This document shows, in pieces, positions 25,390-38,569 of a stretch of 64,000 nucleotides of DNA. Origin of the DNA: Rhizophagus irregularis (Eukaryota); contig NC_089433.1 in NCBI RefSeq assembly GCF_026210795.1, positions 4,340,001 through 4,404,000 of the forward strand. The letters run 5' to 3'. Both the position numbers and the translations under genes were made by a program. Numbering within the stretch: position 1 is the first letter of the stretch; each line of letters begins with the position of its first letter. Below the pieces are notes generated by a model that worked only from the letters and a program-made list of their open reading frames with translations, ran no database searches and was not told where the DNA came from.

Positions 25390-27669
25390 TATTGATGTAT
25401 ATATATAAAGACAGGTAAAAGAAAATAGGAAAAGAAAAAAATTTTTTTTTTCATTCAAATTAAAAGGACTAGATAATTTATTATCAGTCACCAGAAATGT
25501 CACATGCAAATCATTTTCATAATAAATCGATTTTGTGTAATGTTAATCCAACAACTTTATTTTATAATTAAACGTCAAATTCCAAATGTACCACGCTTGT
25601 GTAAATTACAAAATTTATAGATAATCATGTGTTCTATAAATTTTATCATTACTTTCCATTTTAGTAATTTTTTTTTTCGTTTTACATTTCGTGCAAAAAA
25701 CCCTTAAAAAAAGCTTTTCTTTGAGATTAAAGTTGAGAAATGGAGTAAAAAATATTTTTAACAATAGTAATATATGCAAATTCACGAGAAGAAAATGTTT
25801 TTCTAAGTTATTAATGACGGTCAGTTAGGTAGTTTTTGTGTAAAATGTAAAAAATTGGATTTTTTTTTATTATAAGGAGCTTTTTAATATAAAAAACGAA
25901 AAAAAAGTATATTAAAATCATTTATTTTTGTAAGTTATCAATATCCTCTCGTATCTACAACTCTTCAATTATACTTGTTAGTTATACAATACTATATGCT
26001 AATACTAATTTCTCTTCTCTAGGCGATCTGGAATTATTTTTGATGATTTGGAATTTCTTATTTTTTCAGCTTAGAAATTTTGCCTAAAGTAAAGATAATT
26101 ATTTTTTTTCTCATACTACCATTACTTATTTTATAACTAATATGTATTGTTTGTCCTTTTTTTTATGTAGGTTTAATAGTAGTTAAAAATTATTTTTGAC
26201 GATTTCTTAATTTTCGTGATGGACGTCAAATAATATTAATTAATCAGATGAAAACAAGTTGATTATTCATGTGAGTTTATTTTTTGCATAGATAATTTTG
26301 TATTCATATAGGATAGATTTATTTTTATGTAGAACAATTATTTTTTCGTGTATAATAGAAATTTTTTTATCAATTTTCATAGATAAATAAATATAAATTT
26401 ATTTTTTTTTAAATATTTTATGCTGCCATCAAAATTTTTTTTAATATTTTAATTAAAAATAATTTATTTTTTTTACAAATTACTATAGCATAACACTAGT
26501 CGAAAAAGGAATATTTGGCCTTAGTAAAATTCGGCCTATATTCGACTAAAATTAAAAATTCGACCTTAATTAGCAATGATCTACGATTAGACATTGGTCG
26601 AATAACCAACCATGCTGGTCGAATAGCCATGTCACGCATTACGCGTATCAAAAGTTTAAAAAAGAATCTTATGCATTCTTTTTTAAACTTTTATTCCTTC
26701 TTTTCCTCGTCCTTTGGCTCTATAGGCGCGGAAAAAAACAAAAAAAAATTATTTTATTTTCTTTTTAAAAATTTTAATGTGGCCCTTTCCCTTTTCGTAG
26801 TAATTCTATGGGAATACTGGTCGAAACCACGCACCGGACTTTGGATAATAAGGTAAATGGGAAGGGAAGTCGTTTTTTTTACTTTAGAACCGGTTTTTTT
26901 TACTTTAGAAACGTTTTAACGTTTCTTTTTTTTCTTTTTCTTGCAGGTATTGCCGGATGAAACGAGCTTCGTGATAATAAAAAAACTAAGATTCGTAAGT
27001 AGAATCTTAGTAGTTCTTTTTAATATTATGGAACAGTTACTAACCGTTCTTGTTTTTTTTTATAGGTTTCGGGAAAACGAAGGGAAAGGGTAAAACGAAG
27101 GGAAAAGGGTAAGACGAAGGGAAAAGAGTAAAACGAAGGGAAAGGGTAAGACAAAGGGGAAAGGGTAAGACGAAGGGGAAAGGGTAAGACGAAGGGGAAA
27201 GGGTAAGACGAAGGGGAAAGAGAAAATGAAAGGAAAGGGTAAAACAAAAGGGAAAGGGAAAGTGGGGACGGAAAAAGGAGTACTTTTTTAAGATTCGTAA
27301 GTATTATATTACGAATCTTAAATTTTTTTTTTCTTTTTTATTATTATGGAACGGTTTACTAACCATTCCTTTCTTTTTTTATAGGTTCGGGTGGACTTCC
27401 GACGAATGGAAAACCAAGATTCGTAAGTAAGTACGAATCTTGATTTAATTTTTTTTCTTTTTTTTAAAAAATATTACGAACGGTTACTAATAACCGTTCT
27501 TTTCTATTTTTTAGGTTTCGGATGGGCTTCCGAAGAAGGAAAACCAAGAAACCAAGATTCGTAAGTAAGTACGAATCTTGGTTTAATTTTTTTTTCTTTT
27601 TTTAAAAAAATATTACGAATGGTTACTAATAACCGTTTTTTTCTATTTTTTAGGTTTCGGGTGGGCTTC

Positions 27670-28031
27670 CACAGGTCGAAATTAGTTAAATAGGGTATCA
27701 ATAGGTTATCAATAGGTTATCAATCGGCTATCAATAGGCTACCCTATTGGTAGCCTATTGAACTTACGCCATAATCCGTCACCAATCGGGCAGGCTGATT
27801 GTTAGCCAATTAATAACTTATTGATAACCTATTAGTATCCTATTGGTATTTTTATCAAATTGGTTATCAATAAGGTATTAATAGGTTATCAATAGGTTAT
27901 AATCAGCCTGCCCGATTGGTGACGGATTATGGCGCAAGTTCAATAGGCTACCAATAGGGTAGCCTATTGATAGCCGATTGATAACCTATTGATAACCTAT
28001 TGATACCCTATTTAACTAATTTCGACCTGTA
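27670..28031. mobile_element. Foldback MITE with CACAG termini (CACTA/CMC family), same terminus as the 44563-61686 transposon
   Basis: ~130-bp near-perfect inverted arms beginning CACAGGTCGAAA. 3-bp TSD TTC. Confidence 0.9.
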
Positions 28032-28797
28032 TTCGATCTTCGGAAAAAGTGAAACCAAGATTCGTAAGTAACTACGAATCTTGGTTTCACTTTTTTTTGT
28101 TTTTTTTTAATATATGAACGGTTTACTAACCGTTCTTTCTTTTTTTTAGGATCTGGTGGCTTCCGAAGTATAGAAAAACCAAGTTTCGTAAGTATGAAAC
28201 TTGGTTTATTTTTATTTATTTTTTAATTTAATATGAACGGTTACTAACCGTTCTTTTTTTACTTTTTTTTTAGGTTCGGCCGTTCGGGTGGGCTTCTGAA
28301 GTATAGAAACTCCAAAGATTCGTAAGTACGAATTCTTTGGAGTTTTTTTTTTATATTTTTAATATAAACGGTTAATACTAACCGTTATTTTTTATTTTTT
28401 TTTTAGGTTCGGCTCTCGGGTGACTTTTGAAAAATGAAAAAAACCAAGTTTCGTAAGTTCGTACGAAACTTGGTTATTTTTTTTGTTTATTTTTAATATT
28501 ATAAACGGTTATTAATAACCGTTCTTTTTCTTTTTTTTAGGATCGGATGTTCCGAAGGACAGGAAAATTCCAAGATTCGTAAGAATCTTGGATTTTTTTA
28601 TTTTTTTAAAAAAATATTACGAACGGTTACTAATAACCGTTCTTTTATTTTTTATAGATTCGGGTGGGCTTCTGTGTTCCGAAGAACGGGAAAATTCCAA
28701 AGATTTATAAGAATCTTGGATTTTTTTTTATTTTTTTAAAAAAATATTACGAACGGTTACTAATAACCGTTCTTTTCTATTTTCTAGGATCTGGCGG

Positions 28798-29467
28798 TGT
28801 AACCCGAGAAATCAGGATAATCACGTGAACGGATGAATAGAAGACCGAATGGAACAAGGATAAATAATTAGCTGAAGGATAAATAATTAGCCGATAAAAT
28901 AATATTTATAGTTTAGTTTAGTTTAGTCACGAGATAGTCATATGATAATACATCTTTATTTTCTTATTGTTCTTAAATTTTTATTAGTAGAAAAGTTAGA
29001 AATGGTAGAAATAATTTTCTTAAAATGTATAAATATAGGTGGGATTCGTTAGGAATTCCGCAGTCAGTTTTGACTCAAATTTAATAAAATAAATATTAAT
29101 TATTAAAAGTTATCTTGAATATGCTCATTGTACGCTTGAGAATTAATTAATATTATTATTAAGTCCAGAAAAGTAAAGAAAAGGGAATTATTCTCGTTTT
29201 GTTGTATGAAATATAATAAGAAGATAGGAGAACTCTCGCAGTTTATAAGAAATGAAGTGGTAATATTTGAAAGAATAAATATTACAGGAAGCATAATATT
29301 TTGGGAATATTATGAATAAGTGGTAGTATTGAGAATAAATACTACGGACAAATGAGAAAGGAAGCGAGAAGTTAAAGGAAAAATAAAATCTAAACCAAGC
29401 AAAGTAACGAGAAATAAAGTTAAATGAGAAAGATGTGTTTATCCACGGGTGGCAGACATGGGTGACA
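28798..29467. mobile_element. Solo LTR (probably Ty3/gypsy)
   Basis: TGTAACCC...GGGTGACA termini. 4-bp TSD GCGG. Interrupts one micro-exon of the array. Confidence 0.88.
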
Positions 29468-30809
29468 GCGGACTTCTGAAGAAAGGAAAATCAAGAAACC
29501 AAGATTCGTAAGTAAGTACGAATCTTGGTTTAATTTTTTTGTTTTTTTTTAATATATGAACAGTTCTAACCGTTCTTTTCTTTTTTTTTAGGATCTGGCG
29601 GGCTTCCGAAGAACGGAAAACCAAGAAACCAAGATTCGTAAGTAAGTACGAATCTTGGTTCTTTTTTTTGTTTTTTTTTAATATATGAACGGTTTACTAA
29701 TAACCGTTCTTTTCTTTTTTTTAGGATCGGGTGGGCTTCCGAAAAATGAAAACCCAAAGATTCGTAAGTACGAGTACAAATCTTTAATTTTTTTTTATTT
29801 ATTATTATTACGAATGGTTTACTAACCATTCTTTCTTTTTTTAATAGGTTCGGGTGGGCTTCCGAAGAACGAAAACCAAAAGATAAAGATTCGTAAGTAC
29901 GAATCTTTATATATATTTTTTTTTTATCATTTTGGAACGGTTTACTAACCGTTCCTTTCTTTTTTTATAGGTTCGGGCGGGCTTTTGTGTGGAAAAACCA
30001 AGATTCGTAAGTACGAATCTTGGTTTATTTTTTTTTGATTTTTTTTTTTAATATTAATGAACGGTTACTAATAACCGTTCTTTCTTTTTTTTTAGGCTTC
30101 GGATTGGCTTCTGATCTTTGGAAAAGTGGAACCAAGATTCGTAAATACGAATCTTGGTTTATTTTTTTTGATTTTTTTTTTAATATTATTATGAACGGTT
30201 ACTAATAACCATTCTTTTTAGGTCTCGGGTGTCTCGGATGTCTTCCGAAGAACGGAAAAAACCAAAGATTCGTAAGTAAGTACGAATCTTGGTTTTTTTT
30301 CTTATTTTTTTTTAATATTATGAACGGTTACTAACCGTTCTTCTCTTTTTTTTATAGGTTCGGGTGGATTGCTAAAGAATAATCAAAGATTCGTATATAC
30401 GAATACATGAATCATGTAATTGTGGAATTGTATTTGAATTAGCAATATTTTTTGTAAATTAGATAGATGCAATAATAATAATATAATTATAAAGTATTTA
30501 AGCATTAATAAATACATTTATTTAATAAATTTGATAAAAAAAATCAAAATAAATTCATAAATAAATAGGTTGTTATTAGACTATAATTCGGCTTAAAGTT
30601 TTAAGGTCGAATATTGGTCAATTTAAACCTAAATAATGGTCGAATAATTAGTCCGAATTTGGGATGATTGGCACCCTAAATGCGCCCAAAAATTTGACCT
30701 CAATTTGACACAGGTTAGACCATTATTCGACCTATATTCGACCTGGTCAAATTTAGGCCGAATTGTCCTTTTTCGACTAGTGTGAACGTATAATAGTTTG
30801 GGATTTAAG

Positions 30810-33800
30810 TATCAGTTGCTTCATCATCATCATCAGATAGCATGTTTGTTTCTTCTTCTTTCCCCCTCCCCCTCCCTCTCCCTCTCCCCCTCCCCCTTCC
30901 TCTTCCTCTCCCTCCTCTCCCTTTTTCTTTTTCTTTTTCTTCTCTTATTTCTATTTTTTTTTTCTTTTTTTATTTTAGTAATATCAGCAACTGTAACCTG
31001 TGTGATATTTCTTGCTCTTCTTCCAATAGTTGTATAACTTTCTGTTAAAAAAATTTCTTGATTTGCTATTGTTTGTAATCTCTTAATTCCAATATCATAC
31101 ACAATAATTAATTGATTAACTCCATTATCATTTAAATTGTTACAGAATTCAAATACTGGATTTTTAAGAGGATTTAAAGATTCAAAAGCATTTATCAATA
31201 AGTGTGCGAGCTCCCGCCAAATCTTTTCCTTTCGAGATTGAACATTACGTGGTCAGGAACTTTGAACAGAATCTCCAATGTAATCACAAATCAGCATTTC
31301 TGTTAGTTCCTTTTCTAGTTGAGTAGCTTTTATTCTTAATTTCAACTCTTCCCCATCTGCCAGAATTCTTGTTACATTTTGTTTTACAAATTTTACTCCA
31401 AATGTTTCTAGTGCTTCGTCATATGCAAAAAAATGTCCAGGATTTGTTAAATTAATGGATGGTGCTGTACGAAGCATTTTACGAAGTAGAGGATTATTTT
31501 CTATGCAATGTATATGATACGTTACAGATCTAGCATAATTTATTTGATTTACCGGTGTTACCCCTAGTCACGTGTAGAGTTACAACTTACTGCGCCAGAA
31601 GATTATGTGGAAAATTAGGATCTACTGTGCCCAACTGTGCCAAGCCGACCTAGCCGCAGCCTACTTAGCCTATTATTTCTATTATATTTATTATATTAAT
31701 TATATTTAATATAATCGATATAATTATTTTATTTATTATATTTATTATATTAGTTATATTTATTATATTAGTTATATCTATTATATTTATTATATCTTTA
31801 TATGTAGTAACTTTTATATAAATAACGTTGGTATTTTCCCTCATTATAAGTTTAGTTCCTTCAGTTCGAATTAGTTTACCTTTAGTTCCTTAATTCTTAT
31901 TCTTGTAATTATAAAGTTCTATAATAAAGTATAACCTTTTACACTATAAACGAACTCCCTATATTAAGCGTGTCTTGTTTGATTGGATTTCAGTCATAGT
32001 TAAACGTACTTAATCTTCCTGACTGCAAATCATAGTTAATCTATTCAACGTACCGAATCAGTTAACACCGGCAATAGGAAATAAAGGTGAAAAAGCTTTT
32101 AAACTTTCATGTTGTAAATCAAATATTCCCCATCTAATACCAAACCAATGTGCACGCCAATAACTAGCCCATTGAAAATATAAATACCAAACTTTTACAC
32201 AATTATTTTCTTCTTTTAAAATATTATCTAATGTCTGTTTTTTCTTTTTTTACATATATATGAATTGCTATTCCTACGGAAATCCAAATCAATTCCAATA
32301 CTCTTGAAGTTGCTCTGAAATCTACACCTTTCTCTAATTTATCTAGAAATCGTACACCTAATATTCCTGCCATATTGAATATTCTGTAACCAGAAAAAAT
32401 TGTAATTAATGCCATCATCATATCCTTATTGGTATGCCATTGTCCAAGGATCATTTTTGTTTTTTGATTTGTTTTACAATAACTAATACCTCATCTAAAA
32501 ATAGCTTCATCCGCAACTACATTAATATATTCATTATTTTCCATACCAATTTCATTTTTATACATTTCTAGACATTTATGCACAGCGGAATCACTTGATG
32601 GTAGATCTCCAGCATCAAGAATTATAACATTAGGAGGCGGAAGATTAAAACTAACTTCAAAATGTGTCATAATTTGATTACATATATCATCTTCATTAAA
32701 ATCTGAACGATAATTAGGAGTGAAATTTTCATTAAACGTAAGTAATTGTTCAAAAACTGAATTAAAAATATTAAATGTTTGTTGTGAAAAATTATTTTGC
32801 CCAAAAAGTTTTTGCTTATTTTCGTCTTGTATTTCAATAATTTCAGGTAATTCATTAGGTAGTTGGTATTGAAAGAGCATCCGTAATGTAGCGTGTGAAT
32901 TTCCTCTAACAGCATCAAAAATGTTTCCATAACCAAATGTAGTTTCTTTAAAATCCACATTATCAATAATACCAAGATTCCAAATATTCTTTTCATGGCA
33001 AATTCGATCAGTTGGATCTACTAAGAGAGCACGAATTTTTTTCAAATTTCGTTCATGTCTTTGAGAGTGGCTTGTAATATTAACAACTTCTAAAATTCCC
33101 TGCAATGATGACAAAAGTTTTGGTTTTCGGCAAAGACTTGTCATTGTTCGAGGTAACCAAATTTTCCATCCTTTAAATGCAATGTTTAAAATTATTGAAA
33201 TAAAAAATGTGGTTTGTTTAGTAATTTTTTCATAATTTAAAGGTTTTAATGGTTTTTTACGATATTTTCTTTGTCTATCTATAATTTTTTTTTTGTTTCA
33301 TATAAAGTTTTTAAAAGACCATCATAAAATTGTACTAAACATGAAGGAAATATAGAATGATATTCTTCTATAGAAGTAGGTGATTCAAGTAATTTTTTGT
33401 GAATTTTTAATTCATTTTTCGCGAGTATTATTGAATGTGCTAATGCTTCTCCAAATTCAAAAAAATGTTTTGACGTAAAATTCTTAGGATTTAATTTTTT
33501 ATCAAAATTGTAATTAAATTTGACTAAAATAAGAATAATAAGAATTATAAATAAAGAAGGTACTTCATTTTTTATATTTTGTACTGATAGTAGCATTGAT
33601 GATGTAGTCTCAGATTTTTCTTGAGTATTAATAATACATAAAATAGGAGCTAAATGTGCTAAAATTTTTTCTTAAAATGCTAAATTATCAGAATTAGCAA
33701 TATTAAGAATCCAATATCCAATTACTTCTAATGCCTTTTTGGTATCGTTTTTATGATGTGACAGGTTATCACAATTTGGATCTTTTTTTATACCTTATCC

Positions 33801-34589
33801 AACACGTTGATAAATATGCCCACCCTTTTCTTCATAACAATTCATACATATATATCGTGCCTGTTTACTCGAATTTGTTGGAATTACAAAAGAATGGTAT
33901 GTTTGCAATGCACCACATTTCATTTGCCTTATACAAGGTACCTGAATATTTTTACCTATAACTTTATATGAGTGATTTTCACAATTAGGACCACGACTAA
34001 AAAAAATTTTATTTTTATTACAAAATAAACATCTGCGTCTATGAATAATACTTTCCATATAATCTATAGTTTATTTTAAATTTGATGAATGCAATTGATT
34101 TTGATCATATAAAAAATGCGAATAACAAACACCTAAATCTTCAATTAAAAAATTTTTTGCTTTAACTTCTTCATCGTCAATTTGCCAAGTTCCAATCATT
34201 TGCCAAAGTCATCTTAATTTTTTTTTAGAGTTGCACCGCTGAATTTTACCATCTAACATATCAATTACAACGCATGGAGTTAAATTTTCATTATTTGGTA
34301 CTTTAGTAATTATTTCATCACGCTCATCATCAGATTCTGTCTCAGAAAAATTACTTCCTATATCACTCAGATTCTCCCAATTGTCTTCTTCCTCTGAAAT
34401 ATTTTGTTGAACTAATTTTTTTGCATTTGTAAGCATATTAAAATCTAATTCAAATAAAGATTTTAAAGATTCATTTTCCTCTACATTATCGAAACTCTCA
34501 TTTTCATCATATTCACTATAAAAAGTTTCATTCTTATCCGTTAAACTTTCCTCTAAATTCTCATATTCTAAGCTTTTCTCTAAATCCAT
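30810..34589 (-). pseudogene. Large disrupted ORF (~1000 codons): Cys-rich N-terminal half and a putative RNase H-like/DDE-type C-terminal domain (DUF6589/Chapaev-like motif pattern)
   Basis: Consecutive frames give motifs IIDNVDF, VVADEAIFR, ILGQWHT, GKSNYARS and FAYDEALE. Several stops and frameshifts; split by a solo LTR. Family call is by motif recall only. Confidence 0.5.
31556..32067. mobile_element. Solo LTR (probably Ty3/gypsy)
   Basis: TGTTA...TAACA termini. 4-bp TSD CCGG. A near-identical LTR starts at 63776. Removal restores …FPIAG-KSNYARS. Confidence 0.92.
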
Positions 34590-35621
34590 TATATAAATCT
34601 AAAAAAAAAAATTTTTTTTTTAAGAAAAAAACACGTTATATTTTACTAATTTATTGTTTAAAACTTTAAATTTCTTGTTATTTTTGGTAAATTTCAAGTT
34701 TTTCTTATCTTTTATTATTTTTAATATCAAAAATACAACAACTTCCAGTGAAGATTAAAGTTGAATAACAAAGAGTATGAGAGATTTTTTTTAATAAGGT
34801 TATAGAAGCGGTCAATATGTTCATTTTTTATTATTTAAGTTAGATCGATCATATTGTGTAAATTTGGTGTTACATATGATTTAATGTTTTTTAATTTAAC
34901 GGAATTTAGGCTGGCATTACGGAATTGGCCAGAATTAACAAAAATTTGGCCAGAATTATAAATTGTTGATCGGCAAATTTAACCAGATTTAATTAATTTT
35001 GGCCAACTTTAATTATATATTTGTATTATACATTTGAAGAGGGTACTGCGCCATAAATTTTTTTTTCTCGACCTTAATAAAAAAAATTTGCCTTTTTTTA
35101 TTGTGTCATTTCCAGTGACTGTTATTTTAGATAAAGATAAAAAATAATCAGTTATTTTTTTTCATTATCAATGTGAATTTTTTTTTTTTTTTTTATCATT
35201 ATCATCTGTGAAATGTATTTTTTTAGAAAATAACAACGAGAAAAAAATTAGAAATAGAAATATAGCGCTATTATTTTTTCAAAAATCACAGAATCATATG
35301 ATTTTTTTTTTATACAAAATTTTATCGATAGCCACACTTTTGAAAAAATTTTTTACTAAACAAAAAAAGAAATTGTAGCCACACTTTTTTGAGTCACTTT
35401 TTTTTTAGGGGGAAAAAAAAAAAATTTTTTTTCATTTTCATTTTAAATTTTTTTTTTTTAAAAAAAAATATATAATAAAAAGATCAGCAAAGATCAACAA
35501 AATCGAAATGAATGTAAAAATTTATTAATTGATGCCATTAAGTTAACGTGCAATGAAAGTGGCACAAAAGTGAATAATTTTCAATTTTATTTCTGTGATA
35601 TCAAAGAAGCAATATTGCGTC

Positions 35622-35716
35622 TATAGCTATAGCAATAGCAATAGCAATAGCAATAGCAATAGCTATAGCAATAGCTATAGCAATAGCTAATAGCTATATA
35701 GCTATATAGCTATAGT
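35622..35716. repeat. (GCAATA/GCTATA)n microsatellite at the Helitron 5' end
   Basis: Directly visible hexamer array. Confidence 0.9.
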
Positions 35717-35878
35717 ATAAGATTCAACTACGAAGTTCACATGGTGCATTCCCAAAAAGATGAAAATCTGCATGAAGATCAGAGGACAAACTACAAATTA
35801 AGCGAAAAAGTGAATAAATAGGAAGGTCATGCAGGATGATCACCACTTCAGAAATATACTATCGCCAAATAATAATTC

Positions 35879-36762
35879 TTCCAAGTTGTCCTATGTGTGA
35901 AGAGGATGAAGAAGATTTCAATCATATCTGGTTTTGTGAAGAAAGACGAGAGGATATGGATGTTTTAATTTCAGGAGTACAAAATTGGCTTCTTTTAGAA
36001 ATTAATTAAATTTTAGATCCTATTAATCATATTACTCTTGAACATATTAAAAATCTCAATGATATTTGGAAACTTGAAGTATCAGAGGATCACATAACTT
36101 TCATAGATTTAATTAAAGGTTTCTTTCCTTGTTCGTTAATTAATTTTTTTAAACAATTATTATCTATGAAATCAAAAGTTGAAATTTTGTCATATAATTT
36201 TAGGAATGAAATTTTGGATAAATCTATGATTTTTTGGAAAGTGAGGTGTAATAAACTTAATGAAATTGATAGAGGTTTGGGAATTGATAAAAATGTTAAA
36301 AAACAACATTTTGGTAAAGAACAGTTTATTGACAAAACGCGTAAATCAAAAAATAAGAAATACTTTAATCTACAAAGTCTTCAAAGTCATATTTATTTTG
36401 GGGGTAATACAATAGATTACTATAATATTGTTGATTACGGTAGTGTTTCGTAGTATTATTTTTATTATCTTTGATGTTGTAGTAGTAATTAAAGGAGTTG
36501 TGGTGAGTTTTTATATAACATTACCGAAGTCCATACGAATAGTAGTAGTTATGCCGCCTTATGCGGATAGTTTAGTGAACCTATTTGGGTGAGCAGGATG
36601 GTAGATAGTTCTTTTGAACATAAAATCTTAAGTCCCTAATAATATTATAGTATTAGTTCGATCGTGTTCTTTACTAAATGTTATATAATGTAGATCTTTT
36701 CCTTTTTTGTAATTTTTCTTATTTCTAAATAAAGTTGACCGTTAAAAAAAAAAAAAAAAAAA
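35879..36762 (+). mobile_element. 5'-truncated LINE (C-terminal zinc-knuckle part of ORF2, 3' UTR, poly-A)
   Basis: CPMCEEDEEDFNHIWFC…ITFIDLIKGFFP…IFWKVRC. Poly-A at 36744-36765. TSD AAATAATAATTC (35867-35878 and 36763-36774). Confidence 0.9.
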
Positions 36763-38569
36763 AAATAATAATTCATCCAAAATTTCTATTATGTTAGTTT
36801 ATTAAAAAAAAAATAAAATTCATAATATTTAACAAAAAAAAATTAAAAAATAATAAATTATTTAAAAATAAATACAAATAAAATTTAACTAAATACTTTA
36901 TTAATTCATAATTTAATCTGTTACAATTTAATAAATTACACTTAAAACTATTAATTATGATTTTTTAAATATTTCTATTGAGTAATGCATTTTTTTTCCA
37001 ACAGAATGTTAAAAAAACTTTCAAATAATAAAAAAAAGAACTACTGCTTGTATATAAAGTAGAAACATTACTCTATATGCTTTCAAAACTATTCAGCTTA
37101 CCTAACTTAAAAAACTGATGGGAAAACTGATTGGGAAACTAACATAGTTTGCGAAAGAAAGAAATATTTTTATCGTTATAAATAAATTAAATGCATATCA
37201 TTGATATTTGGCAATTCGATGTTAGATTTTGGTCATACTATAACAAGTAATTCTAAATTTATAAAATTGCTTTTTATATTTAAAAAAAATTACTAAGAAT
37301 AGTTAAAATTAAAAAATAGCAATATATATGCTAGATTTATTAGTAAATGATTTACTTAATCAGGCAACTGTTTGCCTATCAGTAACAGTTTGATGGTGAA
37401 CGACAAAGATTATAGCTGTAAAACCAAACAGTTTGACGGTAATGGCAAAGGTTATGATGAAATTGGTAAAATATTTGACTGTCACAGTTAACCTTAAACG
37501 TCAAACAATTTAACCCTCAGCATTAAATTTCTGTCCAGTCTGGCACGCCATATTTTAGCAATGATTTTAGTAAATATTTAGTTTTTGAGGCAACGCATAG
37601 TATAAAAAGTCGTAGGTTAAGTTCAACAGGTTAACTATATTCAGAAAAAAATAAATAGCAGATCGTTTTAATCTTGTTAAAAATCAGGATACGAATTTTG
37701 AAAATAAAAAAATTTTAGGATAAATATTTAACCGTTATTTATTATTATTAAACCAACCATATTATCGTATTTATTTATATTATTAATAAAGTATTATTTT
37801 GTCAATATCTAAGGTGGCAAACGTGACTTATCACGGGCTTAGGTATTACAATGTTTATTAAAAACACGGAAGAATAACATTAATTAAGTGATATTTCCCA
37901 TTTTGTTAGATGTCTGTAACCATCACGCAGAACAAATTTCTCCAATTTTTCAATCTTTCCCTCCAGAACCTTATCTGGTGCAATGCCTGAAAAACAGTTT
38001 GAGAATTTTTTCGTCTTTTTTATTAGGAGAAATTAAAGGTTCTTCCAAGGTTATTTTTTTTGGTAAGCATTGTCAGGTATTTGCTGCATTCGTGCACAAT
38101 TATTCAACAAGTCATAAACACGACGAGATGAAAATATGGTATTTAAAGCCATTGTCTTTGCAGCATTAGGAATCCTGTCTTTGGAATCTTTGATTTCCTG
38201 AATCGCTTCTGGTGACAATATCGTTGCACCTGCTCTCTATAAAACTCACTACTAATACGAGGCATAAAAGATCTTTTGGGGATACTATGTATCAGAAATG
38301 CGAGTAGTATATATACAGTAAATATCGAAATTTTTAATATACATCAAAAATCACAGAATCTTGTTTATTGATAATTATCAATACCTATCACAGAGTTTCA
38401 AAATTTACCACCCAATAATTACCAATAAAAATCGCAAAGTTTTGATACTTGTTGATAAGTATTGTAGTAATCCTATTGATAATTACTGATTAAATTTTTT
38501 TTTTGCGCTTGTCATTCAATAACTCATAATTACAAAATTTTTATTACGTAATATAACCAAGAGATAACA

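Larger units (their letters stand above)
26900..30405 (+). repeat. ~18 tandem micro-exon + intron units (~115-140 bp each) with hairpin-embedded 5' splice site and branch point
   Basis: Unit: TAG|GTTCGGGTGGGCTTCCGAAG...ACCAAGATTC|GTAAGT(AAGT)ACGAATCTTGGT...GAACGGTTACTAACCGTTC-polyY-TAG. Confidence 0.85.
26494..30782. mobile_element. Non-autonomous CACTA element containing a splice-unit repeat array
   Basis: TIR CACTAGTCGAAAAAGGA at both ends. 3-bp flanks TAA and TGA (one mismatch). TCGACC/GGTCGA subterminal repeats. No transposase. Confidence 0.88.
11381..35722 (-). mobile_element. Helitron (rolling-circle transposon), 24.3 kb including nested insertions (~14 kb without them)
   Basis: Minus-strand 3' end: hairpin GGGGACGAAGTCCCC (~11400-11415) followed by CTAG (11381-11384) and T. 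5' end A|TCTTATACTATAG at 35722, next to a (GCAATA)n microsatellite. It encodes Rep and PIF1. The joined flanks align without a gap to a related sequence at ~2870-2985. Confidence 0.75.

Noticed and set aside
26900..30405. CRISPR-like appearance (palindromic repeats at regular spacing)
   Set aside because: The intervening sequences are themselves repeats rather than unique spacers, the context is eukaryotic with no cas genes, and the motifs are splice signals.
37360..37560. AAACAGTTTGACGG repeats resembling a MITE
   Set aside because: No definable TIR pair or TSD.
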